A stretch of 64,000 bases of DNA from an uncultured Verrucomicrobiota bacterium (lineage in GTDB: Bacteria > Verrucomicrobiota > Kiritimatiellia > SS1-B-03-39 > UBA6053): the NCBI GenBank assembly GCA_937127435.1, contig CAKZLZ010000156.1, forward strand, positions 10,554 through 74,553, given 5' to 3'. Below, piece after piece: positions 40,248 through 49,315 of this stretch. Each line of letters begins with the position of its first letter. Positions within the stretch are counted from its first letter, which is position 1. Below the pieces are notes generated by a model. The model was given only the letters and a program-made list of their open reading frames with translations. It was not told where the DNA came from and did not search any database. The position numbers were made by a program, and so were the translations under genes.

Positions 40248-42194
40248 ATGGACTCTGAAAAAATCCCTCTCCAAACCGCTGATGTCTCTGCTGACCGTAT
40301 TGCCCGCGCCCGTGCCCGGGTGAATGATCCTGAATGGAAATGGGTAACTGCCGATGTCCTCAGAGAGTTGGAACAGTGGGATCCGCAAGCGGTTCCCTTT
40401 CCCGATTATGATGCATCCTGGTACCGTCCGGAGCAGCCTTATGCGGAAACCTATAAACAATTTCACAAGTATCTTCCCGAAGAGTTCACCCGGGATGTCT
40501 TTGATCAAATTCGCAAACGCATACTCGGCGGATTAATTTATGACCGGGAAAGTTGGCGGCGGGAAGCTATTGTACTGGGTTTGCGGCATGCGGAAGCTGT
40601 GGATTTTTCGGTAAAGCATTATGATGCGGGAATGATGTATTCCTTTTACGCGTGGTTGCTTTGCGATATACAACTGGGAGCGTCCGATTTATTGACGGAT
40701 GATGAGCAAGTACGGCTTTCAGCCAGATTGCGGATGGCCGCGGATGCGATCACGGATAATTCAGAACTGTGGCGCAGCGAACTTTCGCATATGGCGTTTA
40801 ACAATCACCGGATGTGTCACATGGCCATATTGTTGGCGTTGGGAAAAGTGCTGGACGATCCGACTTTGTACGAGCCGGTTTTTGATCCTGCGGATGACCG
40901 GAGTTTTTTCCATTATCTGAACGGATGTATGATGGATCACGGCCTTTGTTATGAATCAAGCACGATGTACCATTATGCCACCGCTTCGTTTTTACTTTCA
41001 ACCGCCATGGTGTCAGACGCATTATATGAACCGGATGAAAATTTGTTTTATCACTCTGCCGCCAATGGTTTGGGTTTGTATGATCTCCTGGAAAGTCCGG
41101 CTGCGCTTTGTTTTGCCAATGGAATCCGTCCCCGCTCAGGAGACACCTATGGAAGAAACATGGAGCTTTCACGGGCGGCAGGTCAATTTATGATTGCGCA
41201 AGGCATCTACGGAAAAAATCCTTTAGGTGCTGACCTGAAAAATCATCTTTCTCCACATGCTTTATCCGCATTGTGTTGGTTGGATGTGTTGCCGGAAGGA
41301 GACGAGAAACTTGCGTCACCGTCTTCCCGTATTTTTCCGGAACATGGATATGCGGTGCTGTGTCAGATGGCTAAACAGGCTTTTCTCAGTGGAGATGCGA
41401 ACGGGATTCATCACCATCGGGAAGGTCTCCAACTTCAGGTGGAGATGGAAGAGGTTTTGATTTTGGGTACGACGGATGTGCTTGCCCATACAAGTCATTC
41501 CTTTTCTGACTCGATTCATGAACATTTTAACCGGCATCCTTTTGCCCATAGTCAGTTGCAAGTGGATGGCCAGGACCAAAACCTTCGGCCACTCCCCATT
41601 CCAATACGCACATGGGAGCCGGAGGGAAGGGACGGGGTTGTGCGAATGTCGATGGTCGATGACCGGGGGGAGTTGAATGAGGGCGTTCACCAAGGCCGTT
41701 TTATTTTTATGGCGGACAACTGGGTGTGTGACTGTGTGTTTGGGATGGCGGACCGCGTACGGGACTGGCGATTGTTTTATCATTTGCCGGCAGGGGAGGC
41801 GCAGAGCCCTGACTTTTCTGCTGTGGAGGGGCAGCCAGATTTTCCCGCGCCGTTGATGCGGGTGGATGCATCCCTTCCCGACGGGAAAAATGCAGTTTGG
41901 GAAAGCGGCCCCTGTCAATTTGAATGTGCTTGTTTGGAACCCAGCCGCTTTGACCGGTTTGTGGTCGAGCGGGATGGGGTTTCCGTTGCCAACGGATTGG
42001 TTGCGGAGGGACCTGGCGTAATTGCGGCCTTTATTACTTTGATGCAGCCGAAAGCGGGGGAGGCGAGAATTGAAGACCTGCAATTTGTAGCGGCCGGGAA
42101 TGAGGGGTTTTTACGCTGGTCGATTCAGACCCCCGGGGGGAATAAGGATCTGCAGGCCAGAATGCGGAGGGTAGTAAATCAATCGATGGATTGA
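40248..42194 (+). CDS. Heparinase II/III-like (alginate-lyase-type fold) polysaccharide lyase candidate
   Basis: FNNH motif, GLCYESSTMYHY, P.SGD, FPEHGYAVL, HHH, AHSQLQVDGQDQ; start at ATG 40248. Confidence 0.65.
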   Translation: MDSEKIPLQTADVSADRIARARARVNDPEWKWVTADVLRELEQWDPQAVPFPDYDASWYRPEQPYAETYKQFHKYLPEEFTRDVFDQIRKRILGGLIYDRESWRREAIVLGLRHAEAVDFSVKHYDAGMMYSFYAWLLCDIQLGASDLLTDDEQVRLSARLRMAADAITDNSELWRSELSHMAFNNHRMCHMAILLALGKVLDDPTLYEPVFDPADDRSFFHYLNGCMMDHGLCYESSTMYHYATASFLLSTAMVSDALYEPDENLFYHSAANGLGLYDLLESPAALCFANGIRPRSGDTYGRNMELSRAAGQFMIAQGIYGKNPLGADLKNHLSPHALSALCWLDVLPEGDEKLASPSSRIFPEHGYAVLCQMAKQAFLSGDANGIHHHREGLQLQVEMEEVLILGTTDVLAHTSHSFSDSIHEHFNRHPFAHSQLQVDGQDQNLRPLPIPIRTWEPEGRDGVVRMSMVDDRGELNEGVHQGRFIFMADNWVCDCVFGMADRVRDWRLFYHLPAGEAQSPDFSAVEGQPDFPAPLMRVDASLPDGKNAVWESGPCQFECACLEPSRFDRFVVERDGVSVANGLVAEGPGVIAAFITLMQPKAGEARIEDLQFVAAGNEGFLRWSIQTPGGNKDLQARMRRVVNQSMD

Positions 42195-42272
42195 TTTGAC
42201 AGCCTTCCCGTCTTTGTTTTGAATATGCCGTCATACACAGAATAGTTTTACCTTTTAACGACAGGACAGAAT

Positions 42273-44339
42273 ATGAAATCAACCCTCTTATGGATGAGTC
42301 TGATTGGATGCTTGAGTTTTACGTCCCTCCATGCGGAACCGGACGCAAAAGCGTTTTTAAAAAGCACCCTTGCGAATCCCACTTTGCGGAATGGACAGTA
42401 TGGTGAGCAGTACTGCTGGTATGTGAATTTCAGCGCGGGTGCATTTTTGGATGCGTATGAGGCATATAAAAATCCGGAATGGCTGGAGGCGGCCGCCGCT
42501 TATTATGATGCGGCCATAGAAAATCTTTCGACGGATCCGGATGGCTATCCGGGTTGGATTGGAATTCCGATTGGCACGAAGGCACCACAGCCTTATCTTA
42601 CCGACACGGTGGTGGGGGATGCGATTGTTCTGAATCACTTTGTTCGGTTTGCAGAAATCGTGAAGTCGGATACTTCTCTGAATAATCGGTTTGGTGCGAA
42701 AGCAGATGAATATATTGCCCTGGCCACCAAAATTGCCTGGGATAAATTTGAGGCCCGCGGACAAACCTATCAGTGCGAAGACGGTTACGTCAGTTATCCC
42801 ACTTATTCCAAAATGGTGGATGCCAAAACGGGAGAATGGGTGGAGTTCCCCAGCCGGGTGATCAGTAACAATCTGAACAAACATTATGATATTGGGATCA
42901 CCTTGTTACGTTTGTGGCGGGTGACCGGCCGCGAAGAGTTTAAAGAACGGGCGATGCGGATTTTTGCCCGGAACAAAGCGATGATCCGTTATTATCCTGA
43001 AGAGGACCGGGTGGTGTGGAATTTTTGGATGCCCCACGGACCTTATGATATTGTGGGGAGTTCCACCAAGAGCTGGGTATCCGTTCATCCCAGCCGCAGC
43101 GGATATCAGAATGGCGAAGTGAAAATGTTTGTAGAGATGTATAACTCGGGGTTGGTGTACACGCCTGAAGACATTGAACGCATGGTAAGGACCAACATTT
43201 GGATGTCCGAAAACGGATGGAAGAACGCGGAAGGGGGAACGGCAGGTCAGTTGTGGAGCCCGCTGGTACGTTTCAGTCCGGAGCTCCGGGCGATGTACGA
43301 GAAAAAAATTGCCCAGGCGGGAAGCGCCCGTGATGAGATCACCCGGGATTATTTCCAGAATGTGACGGCCAAGCATTTGAACTTTGACCGGCTCTATGTG
43401 AAGGATCCGAATCAGGTGCAGGTGGTGAACCCTCCCTTGCAACCCGGGGTGGAATTGAGCATGGCGTTGCCGATACCGAACCGGCTTGAGCTTCAGGGAG
43501 CCAGCATTCAGTTGGCTTGTAAAACCCGTAGTGCGGGTGAACTCACGATCGATTTATTGGCGGCAGACAAACAAACCGTATTGCAGAATCTCAATACCAT
43601 TTCGGTGAATGCCAAAACCGGTGAGTATGCGGCACCCCTCTGGGATGGCAGTGGCGCGAACAAACCGGGTGAATATTACATCCGCTGGACCATAAACGGG
43701 GAGAGCCGTATGGAAAGGGTAGTGGTCGCTGAAGCTTCGGCAAATGCCTCTGCGGATACGGATCCAGCCTTAAAACCCGGTCAATCGGTGAAGGTTGATT
43801 TTGAAAAAGAACTGGATGCCCGAATCTGGACGGTGGAAGATGCGGAGGTCAGCGAGATGATGGCGCACGGCGGAAAGGCCTCTCTGGAAGTGAAACGCAA
43901 TGCGGTTTTGAAATTCGGCCGCGACAAACATAAGGACCTGCCGGTAAAAGTTTCGATGTGGGTTTATGACAGTGGCGTACAGAATCGCGGGAATGGCAAC
44001 GGACCCGCCTGGGGGATTTTGGATACTCTTGGCAATAAATTCTGCATTCGCATGGTGTGGCGCGGATACCTGAACGGCAATCAACAATACAGTTGGTTAA
44101 ACACCGGCGAGAATCAATGGTTCACTCCCCACGGTACCGGGATTGGCCGGAGCAAAGGATGGAATCAATGGATCTTTGATTTTACCGGTGAACGCACGAC
44201 CGTCACTTTAAACGGAAAAGAAATTCGTGAAGCGGACAGTAAATTTATTCCTGAAGGGGCCGTGGGGATTTATTTGCTGAACGGGAATCCGGGTGGGCCG
44301 CTGTATGTGGATGATGTGGAAGTTACGTATCCGCAGTGA
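42273..44339 (+). CDS. Large secreted hypothetical protein (helical N-domain, WDG/FlgD-like Ig module, lectin-like C-domain)
   Basis: Signal peptide; DPDGYPGW; WDG....PGEYYIRW; GW.QWIFDF...TVTLNG...LYVDDVEV. Confidence 0.6.
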   Translation: MKSTLLWMSLIGCLSFTSLHAEPDAKAFLKSTLANPTLRNGQYGEQYCWYVNFSAGAFLDAYEAYKNPEWLEAAAAYYDAAIENLSTDPDGYPGWIGIPIGTKAPQPYLTDTVVGDAIVLNHFVRFAEIVKSDTSLNNRFGAKADEYIALATKIAWDKFEARGQTYQCEDGYVSYPTYSKMVDAKTGEWVEFPSRVISNNLNKHYDIGITLLRLWRVTGREEFKERAMRIFARNKAMIRYYPEEDRVVWNFWMPHGPYDIVGSSTKSWVSVHPSRSGYQNGEVKMFVEMYNSGLVYTPEDIERMVRTNIWMSENGWKNAEGGTAGQLWSPLVRFSPELRAMYEKKIAQAGSARDEITRDYFQNVTAKHLNFDRLYVKDPNQVQVVNPPLQPGVELSMALPIPNRLELQGASIQLACKTRSAGELTIDLLAADKQTVLQNLNTISVNAKTGEYAAPLWDGSGANKPGEYYIRWTINGESRMERVVVAEASANASADTDPALKPGQSVKVDFEKELDARIWTVEDAEVSEMMAHGGKASLEVKRNAVLKFGRDKHKDLPVKVSMWVYDSGVQNRGNGNGPAWGILDTLGNKFCIRMVWRGYLNGNQQYSWLNTGENQWFTPHGTGIGRSKGWNQWIFDFTGERTTVTLNGKEIREADSKFIPEGAVGIYLLNGNPGGPLYVDDVEVTYPQ

Positions 44340-44345
44340 GTCGGT

Positions 44346-44602
44346 GATGCATCCCTTCAGGATGCAATTGGGTTTGGTGAACTATTCCCCGGGTACGCTT
44401 CGCGACCCGGGGCTACGGTGAGGCACCCGCTTCGGGGTGCAAATTCAGGGGGAACACACAGTAACAGGGGAAATTTAGTTGCGGTATCCATTTCGGGCCG
44501 CCCATGTTTGATGTTCGCACCCCGAAGCGAGTGCCTCACCGCCCCCGGGGGCAACACCCCTTGATGGGGCCGAAATGAATTTGCAACCTCAAGGGATGCT
44601 TC
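44346..44602. repeat. ~257-bp nested inverted-repeat element between convergent genes
   Basis: Outer arms 44346-44367 / 44581-44602 (19/22); inner arms 44417-44440 / 44517-44540 (23/24). Confidence 0.8.
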
Positions 44603-45887
44603 ACCCTTGTTTCGGTACAATCCCGCCCTGATTTTCGATGGCCTGTTTCCAATCGGCTTTGGGGACTTGTTGGGCATCGTGTATGCCTGCTTTTGCTGCG
44701 CAGGCCGCGACGGCGCCCACGGCTTGGCCCATGGCCATACAGGATCCCTGGACCCGGAAGGCGGAGTTGGCGAGGCGGTCGCCACTGATGCAGCGTCCTG
44801 CCACCAACAATTGTTTGCGACCTTTGGGAATCATCGCGGACAAGGGCAGGGTGGGAAAAGTTCCGGGGGAGAGGATTCGGTAATCCAATCCTTCGTCGGT
44901 ATGCAAATCGATGGGATAGAAGCTGTAGCAGAGGGAATCTTCCCACAGGCGTCCACTCATATAATCATCGACGCTGACTGAAGTTTCTCCGACAATCGTG
45001 CGGGTTTCGCGTATCCCGCATTCCGATGCGCACCAGGATATTTTCAGGTCTTCCATTCCCGGCTGTTTCTTGAGGAAACGGACAGCCCGGATCACCGCTT
45101 TGCGGGCAGTGAGTTCGATTTCCGTTTTGCCCTGGCTGTCCATGGCATTGACTTTCGGGATATGAATCGAATTTTGTCCGTAGGTCTGGATGAGGTGGGC
45201 GAGAGATTTTCCTCCCCAGCCCAAATCGCTGGCATGGAGTTCTCCGGAGCGGAGGGCTTCAGGAATTTGGGCGTCAATGGCGGGGATGTCGAGTTCGGAG
45301 CTTTTATAGCCTTCCAGTTTAAACATCAGTGTGCCGGGTTGAAGTTCAGGGGGGAGCAGAAGCTCACAGCCGGCGATGGCCGAGAGATTGGCGTCTCCGG
45401 TGCAATCGATCAGCCATTTAGCAGAGACGGATTGTAATCCATCTTTGCCACAGAGTTGAACCTGCCAGTCTTCGCCTTCACCCCCGCTGACAGAGGCGAC
45501 CATGGTATGCAACTGCAGTTTGCATCCTGATTCGAGTACGGCCTCGTCGATTAATAACGCCAGCGTGGTGGGGCAGAGGCGGATCTGATGGTGCCAATGA
45601 CGTTCGGCCACTTCACTGAAATCAGGCAGGGCTTTGCCTGAATCCAGGGCTGCCTGTTTGACCAGGTTCCAACCGATGCCACTGATGACCTGTTTGCCCC
45701 AGGCATCAAATAATCCGGGAAAAGCTACGCCATTCAAGGTGGTGGTGCCACCCAGCATCCCGCTTTTTTCAACCAACAAAACGTTGGCGCCCTGTCGGGC
45801 GGCTTGAATGGCTGCGGGAAACCCAGCCGGGCCTCCACCGCAAACCACGACATCATAATGAGAATTTTCGTTGTTCGTGCTGTTCAT
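44601..45887 (-). CDS. FAD-dependent oxidoreductase (PF12831-like)
   Basis: DVVVCGGGPAG, LIDCTGDA, IRETRTIVGE, LLVAGRCIS, CMAMGQAVG. Confidence 0.88.
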   Translation of the reverse strand: MNSTNNENSHYDVVVCGGGPAGFPAAIQAARQGANVLLVEKSGMLGGTTTLNGVAFPGLFDAWGKQVISGIGWNLVKQAALDSGKALPDFSEVAERHWHHQIRLCPTTLALLIDEAVLESGCKLQLHTMVASVSGGEGEDWQVQLCGKDGLQSVSAKWLIDCTGDANLSAIAGCELLLPPELQPGTLMFKLEGYKSSELDIPAIDAQIPEALRSGELHASDLGWGGKSLAHLIQTYGQNSIHIPKVNAMDSQGKTEIELTARKAVIRAVRFLKKQPGMEDLKISWCASECGIRETRTIVGETSVSVDDYMSGRLWEDSLCYSFYPIDLHTDEGLDYRILSPGTFPTLPLSAMIPKGRKQLLVAGRCISGDRLANSAFRVQGSCMAMGQAVGAVAACAAKAGIHDAQQVPKADWKQAIENQGGIVPKQG

Positions 45888-46026
45888 AAATTTTTGGGGG
45901 GATGTTTTTTCTACCTTTGTAGCTTTGGGAAGGATTTACATTTTTTTCAAAACAATTCAGTACATTGATTTGACAGAACTTGTCAGAGTAGGCTTTTATT
46001 GAATCCAGACACACTCCCAAGGTCCC

Positions 46027-47583
46027 ATGAAAAAATATATCCCCATCATTTGTAGTTTCTTTGTTTGTTTCCCTTCGTTTGCATCCCAGGTCATCGCCAA
46101 CTGGGATCTGGTTCCATTTCAGGAAGTGAGGGAGGCCATGCCTATCGGGGTGGTCGCTTTTCACGAAACGGGTGTGACTGTAGAATTTTTTGTGAATGGA
46201 GAAAAGGTGGCGGAATCAAAAATGCCCACGCCGAATCCGCGGACGCGGGTGGTGGAATATCAGTTTACGCTCGACCCTGCAGCATATGCCGACGGTCCCC
46301 TCTTACTGACGGCTACCGCACAACCGAAAGGAGAAGGGCACGAGTCGCGAGTGTTGGCCGAGCTCACCCTGTATGCAAACTCCGGGGGAAGCTTATCCAT
46401 TGATCATGTGCTGTGGGCGGATGCGGAAAATGGAAGTGATGAAACCGGAGATGGAACGGAAACATCCCCCTTTGCGACCCTTCAAAAAGCAGTGGCGGAA
46501 GTGGCGGAGGGAGGAACCGTTTACCTTAAAGCGGGTAAAAACTATAAACTCACTTCATTGACGAAAAGCAAAGAAAAGCGGTGGACCACCATTTCCTCCG
46601 CACCGGGGCTGACCGCAGATGATGTGCATATTCTCACCTATGGGCCGGATAAAAGTTCCTCCGGCCGTTATGGACGTTCAATGGTTCGATGGAAGAATGT
46701 CAGTGTTTATTGTGACCGTCCGAAGGCGGGGTACGGGAATATTATGTATTTTGAAAAGGGGATGCTGACCTGGTTTGACGGGTCGGTGATTTATGATGCG
46801 AACGGCCGCTTTGCAGGAACCCAGCCTTTTAACGGCAAAGGGGCAAAGGTTTATCTGACCGACAGCCTGCAACGGGATCTCGCCAATGCCGGAGGGGGTT
46901 TTCAGCGGAACGTGAAAATGAAAGATATCTGTTCCGACATTTTCCGGGCCCACTCGAATTTGGTGGCGATCAATGTGAGCATTGACACCATTGACCGCGG
47001 GGACACCGCCGCGCATCCGGATTTTTTTCAACTGCACAGCCCGAATGGGGTCGAGGAGAACCTGATTGTCTACAATGTGCGGGCGGTCAATATGGGGGCG
47101 CAGGGGATCTTTGGCGGTGGCGGTGAAGTGAAAGATGCGGCTTTCGTTAATATTCTGCTCGAGAAACGTCCGAAGGACAGTCATCTGAAATCGCAATTAA
47201 CCGGGACCTGGACCCATGTTTTGTTTTGGAATATGACCATCGATTCCCAGACTTTTATGTTCAGGAGAGTTGCCGGATTGACGGAAATCGACGTGCGGAA
47301 TTGCATTTTCCAGAATGTCACTTCGGAAGATCCGGCGCATCCGGGCATCAGGGTACAAAATTCCCATTTCAGTTCGAGTAAGTTGAAGCTGGGTGAGAAT
47401 GCGACCCAAGGGGATCCGGAGTTTGTTAGTCAGGAAGAATCCGATTATCGACTGAGCAAAACGTCTCCTGCCTATCAGAGCGGTGAACCGCTTCCCGGCG
47501 TGCCTGCGGATATGGATGGATATCCGTATGATCCGGCGCGCCCGAACCGCGGGGCGTTCTCGGTCTCAAATCCCGGGAAATAG
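46027..47583 (+). CDS. Secreted beta-helix protein (DUF1565/pectin-lyase-like fold)
   Basis: Signal peptide, Ig-like N-terminus, GSDETGDGTETSPFATLQKA, HPDFFQ, GDPEFV...DYRLSKTSPA. Confidence 0.65.
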   Translation: MKKYIPIICSFFVCFPSFASQVIANWDLVPFQEVREAMPIGVVAFHETGVTVEFFVNGEKVAESKMPTPNPRTRVVEYQFTLDPAAYADGPLLLTATAQPKGEGHESRVLAELTLYANSGGSLSIDHVLWADAENGSDETGDGTETSPFATLQKAVAEVAEGGTVYLKAGKNYKLTSLTKSKEKRWTTISSAPGLTADDVHILTYGPDKSSSGRYGRSMVRWKNVSVYCDRPKAGYGNIMYFEKGMLTWFDGSVIYDANGRFAGTQPFNGKGAKVYLTDSLQRDLANAGGGFQRNVKMKDICSDIFRAHSNLVAINVSIDTIDRGDTAAHPDFFQLHSPNGVEENLIVYNVRAVNMGAQGIFGGGGEVKDAAFVNILLEKRPKDSHLKSQLTGTWTHVLFWNMTIDSQTFMFRRVAGLTEIDVRNCIFQNVTSEDPAHPGIRVQNSHFSSSKLKLGENATQGDPEFVSQEESDYRLSKTSPAYQSGEPLPGVPADMDGYPYDPARPNRGAFSVSNPGK

Positions 47584-47638
47584 AACAGGCGTTTTTCGGC
47601 CAGGGGGCATCCCTGCCCGATGTATTCTGTCTTGCGGT

Positions 47639-49243
47639 TTAGTCTGCTTTCTGTTCGAGGACTTGTCCCTCTGCCAGTAGCTTTTCCCGTAGCTGTGGAT
47701 AGTCCAAATCCTGTAAGGCGCAGGTACTTTCCAGCGCAAGGTCGGCCGCCACTGCGGCACTGTGGGCCATGGCCATAAATACCGGTTCCATGCGCACGGA
47801 TCCATAGGCGATGTGGGAAGAGGAAAGGCAAACCGGTACCAGGATGTTTTCACATTCACCTTTGGCGGGGATGATGGAACGGTAGCTGACGCCGTAGGGG
47901 GCTTTGGGTTTTAACTGCACATCCCCCTCGTTCATCACCCGTCCGTCCCGAACGAAGCGTTGGCAGTTGTGACTGTCCATCGCGTAGGATCCCATGGCGA
48001 TGGGGTCGGCGGGCTGACGGAAATGTTGGGTGTCCTGTTCATTCAACACGTAGTCGGAGATCATGCGGCGCCCTTCACGGACATAAAGTTGATGGGGCCA
48101 GTGGGCAGTGTCGGTAAACTCATCTTTGGGAAGTCCCCAGCGGGCGTAGCCTGCGCGATAGCGCTCTGGAATAGAAGGGTCATTGGCCATAAACCAAAAT
48201 TGTCCTTTGATGTAGGTGACGTGATCCTGAAAGATTTTTTCACGCTCCTGATACCCCGCTTCGGGCCAGGCGTAGTTTGCACCAATATAATCGCTGGAGA
48301 CCGGACCGTGATTGTTGGTATCGGTTTTGGAAAAGCCCCCGGCAGTTTTCGGGCGCAGGATATCAAATTTCATCAAACGGTCCCCGGGTTTTGCATCCGG
48401 GTCCCGCAGGTGTTCGTTATACCAGTCTTTCTCGGAATTGAACCAGCGGCGGGCCAGCTCGTATTCTTCCGGATTGTAGTTTTCGGGTTTTTCCCAATCG
48501 ATTTTGAGATCGGGATCATCGGTCATGCAGACCCGGAAATTGTAGGCCTGAATTCGATGGTCGCCGGAACCTGAAGGATTACAGTCTTGCTCATTGATCC
48601 AGGGCAGGGTGCCGCTTTGAGGATCACCGGGGATCACATAGGGATCGACAAAATGGCTGAACTGATGTTTGTCGCGGTACTGTACGCCGTTAATGGTCTC
48701 ACCGTAGACGGAATTCGCTTCGCGTCCGACGTGGTAACTTACTCCTGCCTTGGCGTAGAGGTCACCTTCGTAGGTGCAGTCCATAAAGTAGGAACCACTC
48801 ACTTCCAATCCGCCCAGCATTTTGATCGAAGTGATACGGTTGTTTTCCAGTTTCACCTGATCCAGGTACTGAAGTTGATAAACGGTGATGCCCTCGGTTT
48901 CGGCATAGCGGTCTATAACCGCTTGGGCGGCTTTGGGTTCAAACAACCATTCAGGTTCCTCCAGACCGTAATAGTCGCCTAAATCTTTGTAGAAAAGGTA
49001 GGACATACCACCGATCACGCCTTTTTTGCCGAAGTCTGTCCATCCCAAACCGCCGGTGGTCATGCCGCCGAGGTGGCGGGCCGGATTGAGAATGACGACT
49101 TTGCGTCCTTTTTCAGCCAGGTTCTTGGCGGCGATAACCCCGGCGGCGGTGCCGCCGTAAATGACGACTTCGGTATCAATTTTTTCAGTGCGGGTTTGAA
49201 TCCATTCCGGAAGAAAATAGTGGGGGGCATTGGGTGTGTTCAT
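47639..49243 (-). CDS. FAD-dependent oxidoreductase (PF12831-like)
   Basis: VVIYGGTAAG, HLGGMTTGGLG, DCTYEGDL, QAYNFRVC, LYVREGRRM, GSVRMEPVFM. Confidence 0.9.
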   Translation of the reverse strand: MNTPNAPHYFLPEWIQTRTEKIDTEVVIYGGTAAGVIAAKNLAEKGRKVVILNPARHLGGMTTGGLGWTDFGKKGVIGGMSYLFYKDLGDYYGLEEPEWLFEPKAAQAVIDRYAETEGITVYQLQYLDQVKLENNRITSIKMLGGLEVSGSYFMDCTYEGDLYAKAGVSYHVGREANSVYGETINGVQYRDKHQFSHFVDPYVIPGDPQSGTLPWINEQDCNPSGSGDHRIQAYNFRVCMTDDPDLKIDWEKPENYNPEEYELARRWFNSEKDWYNEHLRDPDAKPGDRLMKFDILRPKTAGGFSKTDTNNHGPVSSDYIGANYAWPEAGYQEREKIFQDHVTYIKGQFWFMANDPSIPERYRAGYARWGLPKDEFTDTAHWPHQLYVREGRRMISDYVLNEQDTQHFRQPADPIAMGSYAMDSHNCQRFVRDGRVMNEGDVQLKPKAPYGVSYRSIIPAKGECENILVPVCLSSSHIAYGSVRMEPVFMAMAHSAAVAADLALESTCALQDLDYPQLREKLLAEGQVLEQKAD

Positions 49244-49315
49244 GGGGAAAGCTCTACTGAATATTGGCTGGACTGCTACATTAAATCCGGGGAAATTTTG
49301 GAAGGTAACTTGTCG

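Noticed and set aside
49073-49315. Longer N-terminus for the SNF2 protein
   Set aside because: Overlaps the divergent oxidoreductase start by 170 bp; ATG 49316 has a plausible RBS
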